Positions 54,976-64,000 of a DNA stretch of 64,000 nt are shown here, piece by piece. The DNA is taken from NCBI GenBank assembly GCA_047638675.1, contig JBLIML010000004.1:1360-65359 (forward strand). Direction: 5' to 3'. A program made the translations under genes and the position numbers. Source of the DNA: Planctomycetota bacterium. Its GTDB lineage: Bacteria; Pseudomonadota; Gammaproteobacteria; Eutrophobiales; Eutrophobiaceae. The notes beneath the pieces are model-generated. The model saw only the letters and a program-made list of their open reading frames with translations, made no database searches and was not told the origin of the DNA. How positions within the stretch are numbered: the stretch's first letter is position 1; the number at the start of each line of letters is the position of its first letter.

Positions 54976-56535
54976 ATGAATACAACAGACACTGAGCCAC
55001 AAACGAAAACCAGGGGAAAATTCTTCGAATTCGATTTGCATCCGGTTGTTTTTGGTTTCTCCCTCTTGATAATCCTGATTTTCATCGTCTTCACACTATC
55101 CAACATCGATGCTGCTGAAGACATGTTCTCGACGATGAAAACCTACATCGCCTCTTCGTTTGGCTGGTTTTTCATACTCAGCGTCCAACTGTGCCTGCTT
55201 TTCTGTATCTACCTGGCCCTGAGTCGTTTCGGTAACATCCGTATCGGCGGTCCCGGTGCCGCGCCGACGTATTCCAGAATTTCTTGGTTTGCCATGCTGT
55301 TCAGTGCCGGCATGGGCATTGGCCTGATGTTCTGGGGTGTCGCTGAACCCATACAGCACTTCCAGAACCCGCCCGGTCTTGAGCCCTTAACGAGACAGGC
55401 CGCTGTTCGCGCGATGGACCTGACTTTCCTGCACTGGGGATTTCACGCCTGGGCTATCTATGCCCTGGTGGGCCTGTCACTGGCCTTTTTCGGATTTAAC
55501 CGGAAGCTGCCATTGAGCATGAGAAGTTCGTTCTACCCCGTATTTGGTGAACGGATACACGGGCACCTCGGTAACGTCATCGATACTCTTGCCGTCGTCG
55601 CCACCTTGTTCGGCGTGGCGACATCTCTTGGTTTTGGTGTCACCCAGATCAATACGGGTTTGAATTATCTTTTTGGTATTGGTATTTCCAGTAGCACCCA
55701 GATCGTGCTCATAGCCAGCATCACCTGTGTCGCCACCATTTCCGTGGTTTCGGGACTTGATCGCGGTATTCTCAGATTAAGCCAGTTGAACTTCTTTGCC
55801 GCCCTGCTGTTATTGATTTTTCTGTTGATTACAGGACCGACCTTATTTTTGTTCAACAGTTATGTACAGAATACCGGTCATTATCTGCAGAACCTGTTCA
55901 CCCTGGGTAGCTGGACTGAAACCTATAGTCGCAACCCTGGTTGGCAGGGAAATTGGACTGTGTTCTATTGGGCCTGGTGGATCTCCTGGTCGCCATTCGT
56001 CGGCATGTTTATTGCTCGTATCTCCTTTGGCCGAACCGTAAGGGAATTTATACTCGGCGTATTGATCGTACCCTCGCTGTTGACATTCGTCTGGATAAGC
56101 ACCTTTGGTGGTTCGGCCATTCAAACGGTGTTGCAGGGAGATAATACGGTGCTAATGGCGGTAGATGCGAATATTGCCACCGCCCTGTTCGAACTCCTCA
56201 AACACTACCCATTGGCAAGTGTCAGTTCCTTTATCAGTATCGTGCTGATTTTTATATTCTTCATCACCTCATCAGATTCCGGTTCCCTGGTTATTGATAT
56301 CATTACCTCAGGCGGCAATCTTAATCCTCCGGTCATCCAACGAATTTTCTGGGCGGTGATGGAAGGTATTGTGGCGGCGGTTCTTCTTGTTAGCGGTGGA
56401 CTTACCGCCTTGCAGGCCGCTACCATCAGTACGGCATTGCCGTTATTGCTCGTGCTTATTCTGATGGCTTATTGCCTATTGCGGGCGTTTCAGGAAGAAT
56501 TACCACCCTACCATTACAACGGAAAAAGTCATTAG
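54976..56535 (+). CDS. BCCT-family (betaine/carnitine/choline-type) transporter
   Basis: 519 aa, 12 TM. SAGMGIGLMFWGVAEP and Trp-rich WTVFYWAWWISWSPFVGMFIARIS signatures. Confidence 0.9.
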   Translation: MNTTDTEPQTKTRGKFFEFDLHPVVFGFSLLIILIFIVFTLSNIDAAEDMFSTMKTYIASSFGWFFILSVQLCLLFCIYLALSRFGNIRIGGPGAAPTYSRISWFAMLFSAGMGIGLMFWGVAEPIQHFQNPPGLEPLTRQAAVRAMDLTFLHWGFHAWAIYALVGLSLAFFGFNRKLPLSMRSSFYPVFGERIHGHLGNVIDTLAVVATLFGVATSLGFGVTQINTGLNYLFGIGISSSTQIVLIASITCVATISVVSGLDRGILRLSQLNFFAALLLLIFLLITGPTLFLFNSYVQNTGHYLQNLFTLGSWTETYSRNPGWQGNWTVFYWAWWISWSPFVGMFIARISFGRTVREFILGVLIVPSLLTFVWISTFGGSAIQTVLQGDNTVLMAVDANIATALFELLKHYPLASVSSFISIVLIFIFFITSSDSGSLVIDIITSGGNLNPPVIQRIFWAVMEGIVAAVLLVSGGLTALQAATISTALPLLLVLILMAYCLLRAFQEELPPYHYNGKSH

Positions 56536-56607
56536 CGAATGACAACGATATTACCTAATTTTCCTTAAATGTATACTCAATCCTGAACTCGACATTTACA
56601 AATTAAT

Positions 56608-57087
56608 ATGGAAAAACACGAGGAAGTCCTGGTTGCATTGCGTCGGATTATCCGAGCGACGGATTCTCACTCCAAGCGGCTAAGTAAGGAGTTTGGACTG
56701 ACCACGCCGCAGCTGCTTATCTTGCGATCCATCAGAGATCTTGGAGACGTGACCATCGGGCTTCTATCCAATGAAGTCAACCTGAGCCAGGCGACGGTCA
56801 CAACGATTATCGACAGGCTGGAAGATCGTGGACTGGTAAGCAGACGCCGTAGTGAACAGGACAGGCGAAAAGTCTATACCACGCTAACAAGAGAAGGAAA
56901 GAAGATCCTGAAAAATGCGCCAGCCCCAATTCAGGAAGAATTTATCAATTCGTTTCAGGACCTGAATGACTGGGAACAAAGTCTCATTCTGTCTACCGTC
57001 CAACGCGTGGCAGCAATGATGGATGCGGGGAAAATTGATGCAGCTCCCCTTCTGGATGTAGGCGAACCCGGACGGCATAATAATTAG
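56608..57087 (+). CDS. MarR-family transcriptional regulator
   Basis: 159 aa. Winged HTH: LTTPQLLILRSI..., QATVTTIIDRLEDRGLVSRRRSEQDRRKV. Confidence 0.88.
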   Translation: MEKHEEVLVALRRIIRATDSHSKRLSKEFGLTTPQLLILRSIRDLGDVTIGLLSNEVNLSQATVTTIIDRLEDRGLVSRRRSEQDRRKVYTTLTREGKKILKNAPAPIQEEFINSFQDLNDWEQSLILSTVQRVAAMMDAGKIDAAPLLDVGEPGRHNN

Positions 57088-57131
57088 ATCGCCCATTGTC
57101 TATAATCAGAAAGGGAACGTAACCGGTCTAA

Positions 57132-58055
57132 CTACTTATTGAGATCCGCCAGTACTTCAATATGTCCAGGTGACAGACCACAACAGCCACCAACAATTTG
57201 TACACCCGAGTCCACCCAGCTATTGGCAAAATCTAAAAATTCAGCGGGTGGGATAATATTTTTGAATTGCCATTTAGGCATAGTGAAATAACCTGAATCG
57301 GGATAGGCCATCAGGCTCCCCGTGAATTCTTCGCGCAAAATACTGATCGCCTCATCAATCAGGTTGGATGGGGTATGCATCACCCCGGCCACATCTAATT
57401 CATAATCTTTCAGGATGTGAACGATGTCAGCGAATGGGATTTCTCTGTCCTGGGCAAAACTGATTAGTTGTCCATTGTCACCACGCCGTGCCGATAGACC
57501 AAGCCATACCGGCAAACCGCTTGCAAGTGCAGCCTCAATTGCAATGGGAATTCTTTCGGGGAAATACATCATTTCCAGCAAGATGAAATCGCAACCTTCA
57601 TCTTTAATAAGCAACGCTAGCTCTCTGAAGCATTCCTTCATTTTGGTTTGAGATGGCGCCCGCTGTGGATCCGCTACAGCGCTTCCACTGCCAAGTGGTG
57701 TCATATGCGATAGAGAACCTGCCACCAGAACATCATGCCGGCCACTTTCCTTTCGTGCTTGTTGCGCCGCAGAGATCGCGTTTTTATTTATTTCCGTAAA
57801 CCGATCGCCAAACCCTGCGGGTTCCAACATCAATCGTGAAGATGCATAAGTATTGGCCGTTATTATGTCCGCACCAGCTGCGATATAATCTTTATGGATG
57901 TCGATCAGGGCTCTTACGTTTCCAAGTGATGCTGTCCCACACCAGACATCGGGATCCATGACAATGCCGCGCCTTTCCAGCTCAGTTCCCGTTCCCCCGT
58001 CAAGAATCAGGGTCTCACCTGTTTGAAGTCGTTGTTTTACGTTTGCATAACTCAT
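57132..58055 (-). CDS. Homocysteine S-methyltransferase family protein (MmuM/BHMT-like)
   Basis: 307 aa. N-terminal ILDGGTGTELERRG, ADIITANTY, C-terminal zinc-site GGCCG. Confidence 0.85.
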   Translation of the reverse strand: MSYANVKQRLQTGETLILDGGTGTELERRGIVMDPDVWCGTASLGNVRALIDIHKDYIAAGADIITANTYASSRLMLEPAGFGDRFTEINKNAISAAQQARKESGRHDVLVAGSLSHMTPLGSGSAVADPQRAPSQTKMKECFRELALLIKDEGCDFILLEMMYFPERIPIAIEAALASGLPVWLGLSARRGDNGQLISFAQDREIPFADIVHILKDYELDVAGVMHTPSNLIDEAISILREEFTGSLMAYPDSGYFTMPKWQFKNIIPPAEFLDFANSWVDSGVQIVGGCCGLSPGHIEVLADLNK

Positions 58056-58376
58056 TGGGATTTCTTAAGTATTTTATGGCGTTTATATATCAAAATAGCC
58101 TGATCCTTATATTAATTCGTCCGCTACTACAGCTGTTACAGTAATCGTGCTTTGGGGAGCGCAACACAGCCAGTCAAACCGCGAGCAGCTGCACCACACC
58201 ATCTGGACGAGACCCCATTAGTTTTGCCCTTATTGAAGTAATCCGCAATAGAAAAGAGGACAGAGGGTTAATATGTTGTGGAAGTTGAAATCACCTGGGT
58301 TTAGCGGTCATTCAGACAAGATGAAATGCCGCCCAATACAGTTAATGTCATCTATGTAGAATTCATGGCCACTGAT

Positions 58377-60854
58377 CTACTTTCCGGGCGAACCTTGTTC
58401 CAAACCCTGAGCTGATTTCTGTGCCTTGGATAGTAAAAATTGGTTAAGCGTTGTTCTCTCAATCGTTCCTTCACTCATACCTTTCTCTAATACCTCAATT
58501 GCTTTTAAGGGCTTGTCGCGTAGAAGATATAGACTGGCAAAGTTTACTTGTTGGGTGCCTGTCTTTAATTCACCTTGCTCATAAAGCATTTCCATAACGG
58601 TGATTTGATTTTCATGTTGAGCCAGTGCGGAGTAGGCGCCAGCCAAAGATAACCAGTAATCCGTTTTCGGGTATAGCGATACCATCTTTTTAAGGACATT
58701 GACCATGTTCTTGTAATCACCCAACTTATGATAGTTAGCACTCATGAGTTGCAGCAGAGTTTCCCTGGGTTCGTCACCGCTATCCATAGTCATTTTGTAG
58801 GATTTTTTCAGCGGCTCTAGCGATTTCGTAAATTCATCCATGCTGTAGTAGATTTGTGCCAATGAATATAGTGCGCGAGTGATCATAGCCTCCGGCAGAT
58901 CTGCCTGCTCCAGGACTTTCTCATAAGAGCGAACCGCATCATTAGGCTTTTCCAAAGTGAAATAGGTCAAGCCAAAAGAATTATATAACTGTGCTTTCTC
59001 ATAAGGGGTAAGGTTCTTTTCGAGCTCGAGCGCCCGTAAAACCTCCAGTCCCTGGTCGTATTTTTTTGCCTCGAATAACTCCTGCGCTTCCATGAGATTG
59101 TCGTAGACTTTATTGTTCATTGACAATCTATTCTGCGCTGTTAATTCTTCTTTACGTTTAATTTTTTCCGCTTCCCTGGCGCGCGTCGCGTTCGCTGCGC
59201 GCTTTGCCTGTTCCGTTTCAGCCTGTAAGTTGTTTGTCTTTTCTCGTTCTGTGGCATCGTTCAGAAGTCGTCTAGCTCCAAGCAACCTGGTTGAATCTGG
59301 ATGAATGGCCCGGATCCGCTCAATGTATTCTGCTGCCTGATCAAACTGTTGACTAGCAAGTGATTCATTAAAGGATGACTGGTAAGAGTCCAGTATCTTT
59401 TCGATACCGGCGACAGCTTTTTTGTTGCCGAAGTTGAGTTCCAATACTTTATTATATTTATCGTAAGCATTATTGCCCGAAGGACTTGTTAAACGATTCT
59501 CCTGCAGGTCGTTTTCCGCGCTCTCTAAAAGCTTCTCTATTTGTCTATCCTTAATTTTGGTCGCGTCCCTAAGTTTTGCCGATGTAGCATTTTGTTCGGC
59601 TATAAGTTGTTTTTGTTTTATACTTTCGGCCATCTCTACAGATTGTTGAACTGGTTTTTCTTTCGAATACTCTCGCGAGAAAAGGTAAATACCAACGCCA
59701 ATTAGAACGAGTAGAACTAGCGAAATCGTGAGATGTGTATTGACAGAATTCCTGGGAGTATTTTGAGATGCGGCTTTCTGTGATTGGGGTGGAGGTGGAT
59801 CTTGTTTTACGACTTCCTCGACTTCTGGTTTTAAAGTTGATTGGTTTACATTATAGGTTCTAGCAGTTTCATAAGCTTCTTCGAGATTTTTCGAAAGACT
59901 TAATTCAGCATCCCTTTTCTCGCTTATCTGTTTTTGGGCCTTAGACTTAATAGTAGTTGCCACTGGTACCTCAAAATCCTTCAACCATTCCTCAATAGTC
60001 TGCGGGCGCTCCTCCGCCTTGAATTGGATTGCATGGTCAATGGCCATCAAAATATGATCTGGATACTTGCCCTTTGCAATTTCGGATGCACTCACAATGG
60101 CATCTTTCGATGTAGTCAGTATGGATTTACCGCGCTCAATAGCATCGATTGGAGCGATACCCGTGACAGCACGATAAAGCGTTGCTCCCATTCCGTAGAT
60201 ATCTGAAAACGGTCCCTGTTCATCACTCCTGGAGTAATATTGCTCAAAAGGCGCATAACCTGGTGTCACCAAACTTGTTAAGGTTTTGGTCTCTTCGCTC
60301 AAAGCCTGTCTGGCTGAACCAAAGTCAAGTAGTACCGGGCTGCCGTTTTTGCGTATATAGATATTATCGGGTTTGATATCCCTGTGAATAAAGCCTCTCC
60401 TGTGAATTTGTTCTAATCCGCCGAGGAGGGGAAGAACAATTTTTTGGAGTTCTTGAGCATCCAGTGTCTTTTTGCCTTCCAATATTTCTCGAAGACTACG
60501 TCCAAGCTCATACTGCATGACCATGTAGCCGGTATTGTTGTCCTCAAAAACAGAATCAACGCGGACAATATTAGGATGATTGAATTTGGCCAGAGTGCGT
60601 GCCTCGGAGATAAATCGGTCGAGACCCCACTTATATTTATTACCGTGGTCATCCGAGAGAGGATGGACAGAAAAATCCTTTTCACGCATAGCGATTTCAA
60701 CAGGCAGGTATTCCTTGATAGCAACATTTCTCATGAGGTTTACATCATGTGCAAGATAGGTAATACCAAAGCCACCCTGCCCGAGGATTTCTTTTATCTC
60801 ATACCATTGCAGTTTGTGACCAGGTTTTAATGAATTGCGGTGAACTTTGTTCAT
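58377..60854 (-). CDS. Transmembrane Hanks-type Ser/Thr protein kinase with coiled-coil and TPR-like extracytoplasmic region
   Basis: GQGGFGITY, VAIKEY, HRDIKPDNI, DFGSAR, TPGYAPFEQ. One TM span (LTISLVLLVLIGVGIYLF). About 430-aa C-terminal helical repeat region. Confidence 0.88.
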   Translation of the reverse strand: MNKVHRNSLKPGHKLQWYEIKEILGQGGFGITYLAHDVNLMRNVAIKEYLPVEIAMREKDFSVHPLSDDHGNKYKWGLDRFISEARTLAKFNHPNIVRVDSVFEDNNTGYMVMQYELGRSLREILEGKKTLDAQELQKIVLPLLGGLEQIHRRGFIHRDIKPDNIYIRKNGSPVLLDFGSARQALSEETKTLTSLVTPGYAPFEQYYSRSDEQGPFSDIYGMGATLYRAVTGIAPIDAIERGKSILTTSKDAIVSASEIAKGKYPDHILMAIDHAIQFKAEERPQTIEEWLKDFEVPVATTIKSKAQKQISEKRDAELSLSKNLEEAYETARTYNVNQSTLKPEVEEVVKQDPPPPQSQKAASQNTPRNSVNTHLTISLVLLVLIGVGIYLFSREYSKEKPVQQSVEMAESIKQKQLIAEQNATSAKLRDATKIKDRQIEKLLESAENDLQENRLTSPSGNNAYDKYNKVLELNFGNKKAVAGIEKILDSYQSSFNESLASQQFDQAAEYIERIRAIHPDSTRLLGARRLLNDATEREKTNNLQAETEQAKRAANATRAREAEKIKRKEELTAQNRLSMNNKVYDNLMEAQELFEAKKYDQGLEVLRALELEKNLTPYEKAQLYNSFGLTYFTLEKPNDAVRSYEKVLEQADLPEAMITRALYSLAQIYYSMDEFTKSLEPLKKSYKMTMDSGDEPRETLLQLMSANYHKLGDYKNMVNVLKKMVSLYPKTDYWLSLAGAYSALAQHENQITVMEMLYEQGELKTGTQQVNFASLYLLRDKPLKAIEVLEKGMSEGTIERTTLNQFLLSKAQKSAQGLEQGSPGK

Positions 60855-61100
60855 CTTCCCGACATCCAGTTATTCTGATTTCTTTATGAATAATAGCATG
60901 TATTCAAATGACACCCAGAATAGAGTGGGGTCATAAGTAGAGACACAGGGCAAATGAATTAGGATAGACTTTAGTCCTTCTGATCATTGAGTGGTTTTTC
61001 CTGATGTGTGGATCGATTTTTCAGAAAATCATGCTTTTCTCCGCGTCACCTTAGAGTATAGTTCGTCATGTCCGGTTGTGATTAAACGAGGGTAATTACT

Positions 61101-61760
61101 ATGATGAGAACACGCGCCACATATATCTTTTGCTTTTTTATCTTTTCTTATTCCCAGTTAATTTATGCCGACACCTTCAAAGAGGGCGGAGAAGCTTATG
61201 TGAAAGGCGATTATTCAACTGCAGCCAAAAAATTTCTCGAGGTTGCAGAAAAAGGCGATCATCGTTCAATGTATGCGCTTGGTTCAATGTATGCCGGAGG
61301 CACTGGAGTAGAAAAAGATTACAAGAAGGCTTTTAGTTGGTTTTCCAGGGCGGCAAAATATGGGCGTATTGATGCTCAATACAAAATCGGCCTGTTGTAT
61401 GAATTAGGTGTTGGTGTCCCGCAAAATTACAAAAGGGCAGCGCGATATTATAATAACGTCGCAACCAAAGGTTACGCCCATGCACAGTTCAAACTCGGTA
61501 TGATGTTTGCGAACGGACTTGGTGTTAATCAGAGTAATGTTAAGGCATATGCGTGGTTAATCGTTGCAAGTCAAAATCTCAAAAATAGCGCATCGACAGA
61601 GCAGAAAGCAATCGGTGAAATAGAACAACCGGCGGGAGACGTGTTCGCAAGCATTCATGGGGATTTAATTGTCGAGGAACTGGCAAAAATTGAAAAAAAT
61701 ATTCTACCTGAGCAGATGGCTGAAGCAAAAAAGCTTGCTCAGGAATATATTCAGTATTGA
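61101..61760 (+). CDS. Secreted Sel1-like repeat (SLR) protein
   Basis: Signal peptide (IFCFFIFSYSQLIYA). Four or more SLR units (A...Y.LG.MY..G.GV..D...A..W). Confidence 0.82.
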   Translation: MMRTRATYIFCFFIFSYSQLIYADTFKEGGEAYVKGDYSTAAKKFLEVAEKGDHRSMYALGSMYAGGTGVEKDYKKAFSWFSRAAKYGRIDAQYKIGLLYELGVGVPQNYKRAARYYNNVATKGYAHAQFKLGMMFANGLGVNQSNVKAYAWLIVASQNLKNSASTEQKAIGEIEQPAGDVFASIHGDLIVEELAKIEKNILPEQMAEAKKLAQEYIQY

Positions 61761-61881
61761 TAAACGAATATGCGGCTATGGGAGACAAAAAATTGTCTGA
61801 TGCGATCAAATAGTCGATTAATAATCATTAAAAAATAGTTGTGCGGGCCCTTTAAATGTTTCTTTTTTATAACAAAAATAT

Positions 61882-62928
61882 TTAAGCGGTTATTGTGGGC
61901 TCTGGTTGTTGTTGTGTGATGCAGTGAATAGCTCCCCCGCCTTCTGCAATAGCCAGAATTTCAACCTGCACAATTTCCCTTTGCGGATATAAACGCGCAT
62001 AAGTCTCTACGGCTTGCACGTCTCGCTCGCTATTGTAAGCAGGTACGATAACCGCCCCATTTGCTAAATATGAGTTGACGTAAGAGCGACAATCTTTATC
62101 AGATTCGACGTTTGCATAAGAACTCGTACAAATAAACTCCAGGCGCAAAGGGCGTCCTTTGGCATCCGTTTGACCGTGTAGCGCGGCAGTATTTAGCTCG
62201 CCGGTAGCATAATATGGATCATCCTCATCCGCGCCAATTTCCACAAGAACCACACCAGGTTTTACAAATGCAGCTATGCCATCGATATGTCCGTTGGTTT
62301 CAATTTCTGCCACATCTCCGGGTATCCAGATCACCTTTTCAGCACCCAGGGTACGGCACAATTCATGTTCAATTTTCTCTCTGCTCCAACCGGGGTTTCG
62401 ATTCGAATGAGGAAAGCAGGACTCAGTGGTAATGATTGTTCCTTCACCGTCAACAGTTATCCCACCCCCTTCTGCTATCAGCTCAGAGGAAAATACTCTC
62501 AACTTTTCATGCGCAAGAATGCGTTCGCCCATTAATGCATCTTGATCATAGGGTTGATAATTTCCTCCCCAGGCGTTGAACTTCCAGCAAGAACCGGCTA
62601 CATCACCGCTTTTGTTGACCAGGAAGTTTGGGCCAGTATCACGAGTCCAGGAATCGTCAATTTCCATTTCGACTACCTCGACCCCTTCGTCCAAATGGTC
62701 ACGCGCACCATTAACATGTCTGGGCGATGCCAGCATTTTTACAGGTTCAAATTGGGCAATAGCATTGGCCACATTGGCGTAGGCTTGCCTTGTGGCAGGC
62801 TCATTTTTCCACATACCATCACGACACGGCCATGCCATCCAGGTACAGCTATGTGGAGTCCATTCTGCAGGCATATAAAAACCGGAATCCGCGGGGCTTT
62901 CCAGCCTGGATTGATCGGATGAGTTCAT
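61882..62928 (-). CDS. aguA: Agmatine deiminase
   Basis: 348 aa. PAD_porph family pattern (YMPAEWTPH, WTRDTGP, catalytic GGGAIHCITQQQP). Confidence 0.88.
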   Translation of the reverse strand: MNSSDQSRLESPADSGFYMPAEWTPHSCTWMAWPCRDGMWKNEPATRQAYANVANAIAQFEPVKMLASPRHVNGARDHLDEGVEVVEMEIDDSWTRDTGPNFLVNKSGDVAGSCWKFNAWGGNYQPYDQDALMGERILAHEKLRVFSSELIAEGGGITVDGEGTIITTESCFPHSNRNPGWSREKIEHELCRTLGAEKVIWIPGDVAEIETNGHIDGIAAFVKPGVVLVEIGADEDDPYYATGELNTAALHGQTDAKGRPLRLEFICTSSYANVESDKDCRSYVNSYLANGAVIVPAYNSERDVQAVETYARLYPQREIVQVEILAIAEGGGAIHCITQQQPEPTITA

Positions 62929-62932
62929 ATTG

Positions 62933-63718
62933 CTAAACCTGTTTTAAATAAAATTCCCAATCAAAGCTGGTATCGCCGATGACCAGGAAATGTGGGTTCA
63001 AAATCGATTCCTTCCTGTTGTATTCCAATGGTCTGAGTTGGGTATCGGTGACGATTCCGCCGGCTTCGCTAACGATGGCATGGGCGGCGGCGGTGTCCCA
63101 TTCGGAAGTCAGGCCAAAACGTGGATAAATATCCACTTTTCCTTCAGCAACCAGGCAAAGTTTGAGCGAGCTGCCAATGGCGATGACTTCAACTTCATTT
63201 CCTAATGCTGCAAAAAATTTTTGTTGCTCTTCACTTCCATGTGATCGACTACCTGCTACGGTAAATGAGTCAGCTGTGGTGCCTTTCGTTTTTATTCTTT
63301 CTGCTGCCTGTCCGGCTAATTGTTTGTATGCGCCTTGCCCTTTGCGCGCATAAAAACAGAGTTGGGTGGCGGGAACATAGACGACGCCGAGAATGGTCTG
63401 GTGATTTTCAATCAGGGCAATATTGACGGTAAACTCACCATTGCGTTTGACAAATTCCCTCGTCCCATCAAGAGGATCGACCAGCCAGTATCGTTGCCAC
63501 GTTTGTCTGGTTTTATACGGAATCGTTGCAGACTCTTCTGACAGTATAGGAATGTCGGGTGTCAGTTGGGTCAATCCTGATATGATGACTTCGTGTGAAG
63601 CCATATCGGCTGCGGTAAGAGGCGAATTATCATCTTTGTTTTCTACAGAAAATTCAGTTTGATAAACTTCAAGTATTTCTCTTGCCGCATGTTCTGCGAC
63701 AGTGATTATGGACGGCAA
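62933..63718 (-). CDS. cysQ: 3'(2'),5'-bisphosphate nucleotidase
   Basis: 261 aa. Inositol-monophosphatase fold motifs (LSEES, WLVDPLDGTREF, WDTAAAHAI). Confidence 0.85.
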   Translation of the reverse strand: MPSIITVAEHAAREILEVYQTEFSVENKDDNSPLTAADMASHEVIISGLTQLTPDIPILSEESATIPYKTRQTWQRYWLVDPLDGTREFVKRNGEFTVNIALIENHQTILGVVYVPATQLCFYARKGQGAYKQLAGQAAERIKTKGTTADSFTVAGSRSHGSEEQQKFFAALGNEVEVIAIGSSLKLCLVAEGKVDIYPRFGLTSEWDTAAAHAIVSEAGGIVTDTQLRPLEYNRKESILNPHFLVIGDTSFDWEFYLKQV

Positions 63719-63823
63719 AAGCTCAGATGAATTGATGTCCAGTGTGATACTCCTTAATGTTGTTGAATACGAACGATGGCCTGAGTTTACGATTATAAAG
63801 TTCTAATACTTATTAATAATACT

Positions 63824-64000
63824 GTGATTAACTGGAACGAAATAGACACCGTTTTGCTGGATATGGATGGTACCTTATTGGATCTGCATTTCGATAATTA
63901 TTTTTGGCAGGAACAACTCCCACAGAAATGGGGTGAGCTTAATGGCATGGATACTGCGACTGCAAAAACAATGTTGGCGCCAATTTTTAAAAGTACGGAG
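63824..64000 (+). CDS. HAD-IA hydrolase, GMP/IMP nucleotidase YrfG-like (5' part; runs off the window)
   Basis: Own translation from GTG 63824: MINWNEIDTVLLDMDGTLLDLHFDNYFWQEQLPQKWG... It is collinear with the E. coli YrfG N-terminus. It is not in the ORF track because it is truncated. Confidence 0.7.
   Translation, partial: MINWNEIDTVLLDMDGTLLDLHFDNYFWQEQLPQKWGELNGMDTATAKTMLAPIFKSTE

Noticed and set aside
58056-58376. A SAM, SAH or SAM-V riboswitch in the 320-nt leader of the homocysteine S-methyltransferase gene
   Set aside because: Read on the minus strand, I could not find the conserved cores of the SAH, SAM-II or SAM-V motifs. A covariance-model scan is needed before any claim.
1-64000. 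CRISPR arrays, rRNA genes, intact IS elements or prophage genes
   Set aside because: I saw no regularly spaced direct repeats, no rRNA-like conserved stretches, and no transposase, integrase, capsid or terminase-like ORFs in the six-frame track or the sequence.

Overview
This 64-kb chromosomal segment looks like a marine, TonB-receptor-rich gammaproteobacterium. That is an inference from gene content and close collinearity of several proteins with Pseudomonas and E. coli orthologues; the taxon cannot be proven from this window. I support about 52 protein genes. I see no rRNA, intact tRNA, CRISPR array, or intact integrase or transposase.

Layout:
- 1-5.1 kb: partial hipA toxin, hrpB, a CvfB-like S1 protein and a DUF1456 protein. 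These are followed by a 45-nt 3' half of tRNA-Phe(GAA) with no 5' half, which looks like an att-type scar.
- 5.1-13.4 kb: speB, plus a minus-strand operon of GS-like enzyme, spuC, tungsten-type aldehyde:ferredoxin oxidoreductase, amidase and puuB-like oxidase.
- 14.5-31.5 kb: a TetR-centred divergon. One arm is tetR, an acyl-CoA dehydrogenase and a potFGHI-like importer. The other arm is a class III aminotransferase, two PYROXD2-like flavoproteins, a GcvT-fold protein, an ADP-forming acyl-CoA synthetase, a crotonase, a second GS-like enzyme and possibly a hydrolase.
- 31.5-38.1 kb and 49.9-54.7 kb: two paralogous pairs of TonB-dependent receptor and TPR-sulfotransferase. The first pair encloses an unknown protein and a signal-peptide-bearing SAM hydroxide adenosyltransferase (DUF62).
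- 38.4-48.4 kb: an orphan Rieske oxygenase; a fold-III decarboxylase with Lrp; an orphan GATase; a rubredoxin (missed by the ORF track) with a membrane desaturase; bauA-mmsA; and puuR-like with puuD-like.
- 48.4-49.9 kb: a repeat-rich non-coding spot around a small membrane protein.
- 55-64 kb: BCCT carrier, MarR, homocysteine S-methyltransferase, a transmembrane Hanks kinase with a divergent Sel1 protein, aguA, cysQ and a partial yrfG-like HAD.

The best candidates for new biology are:
- the translationally coupled trio of two PYROXD2-like flavoproteins and a GcvT-fold protein, and the unassigned pathway around it;
- an AOR and an amidase occupying the aldehyde-dehydrogenase and hydrolase slots of a gamma-glutamyl-polyamine operon;
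- a palindromic operator shared by those two clusters.
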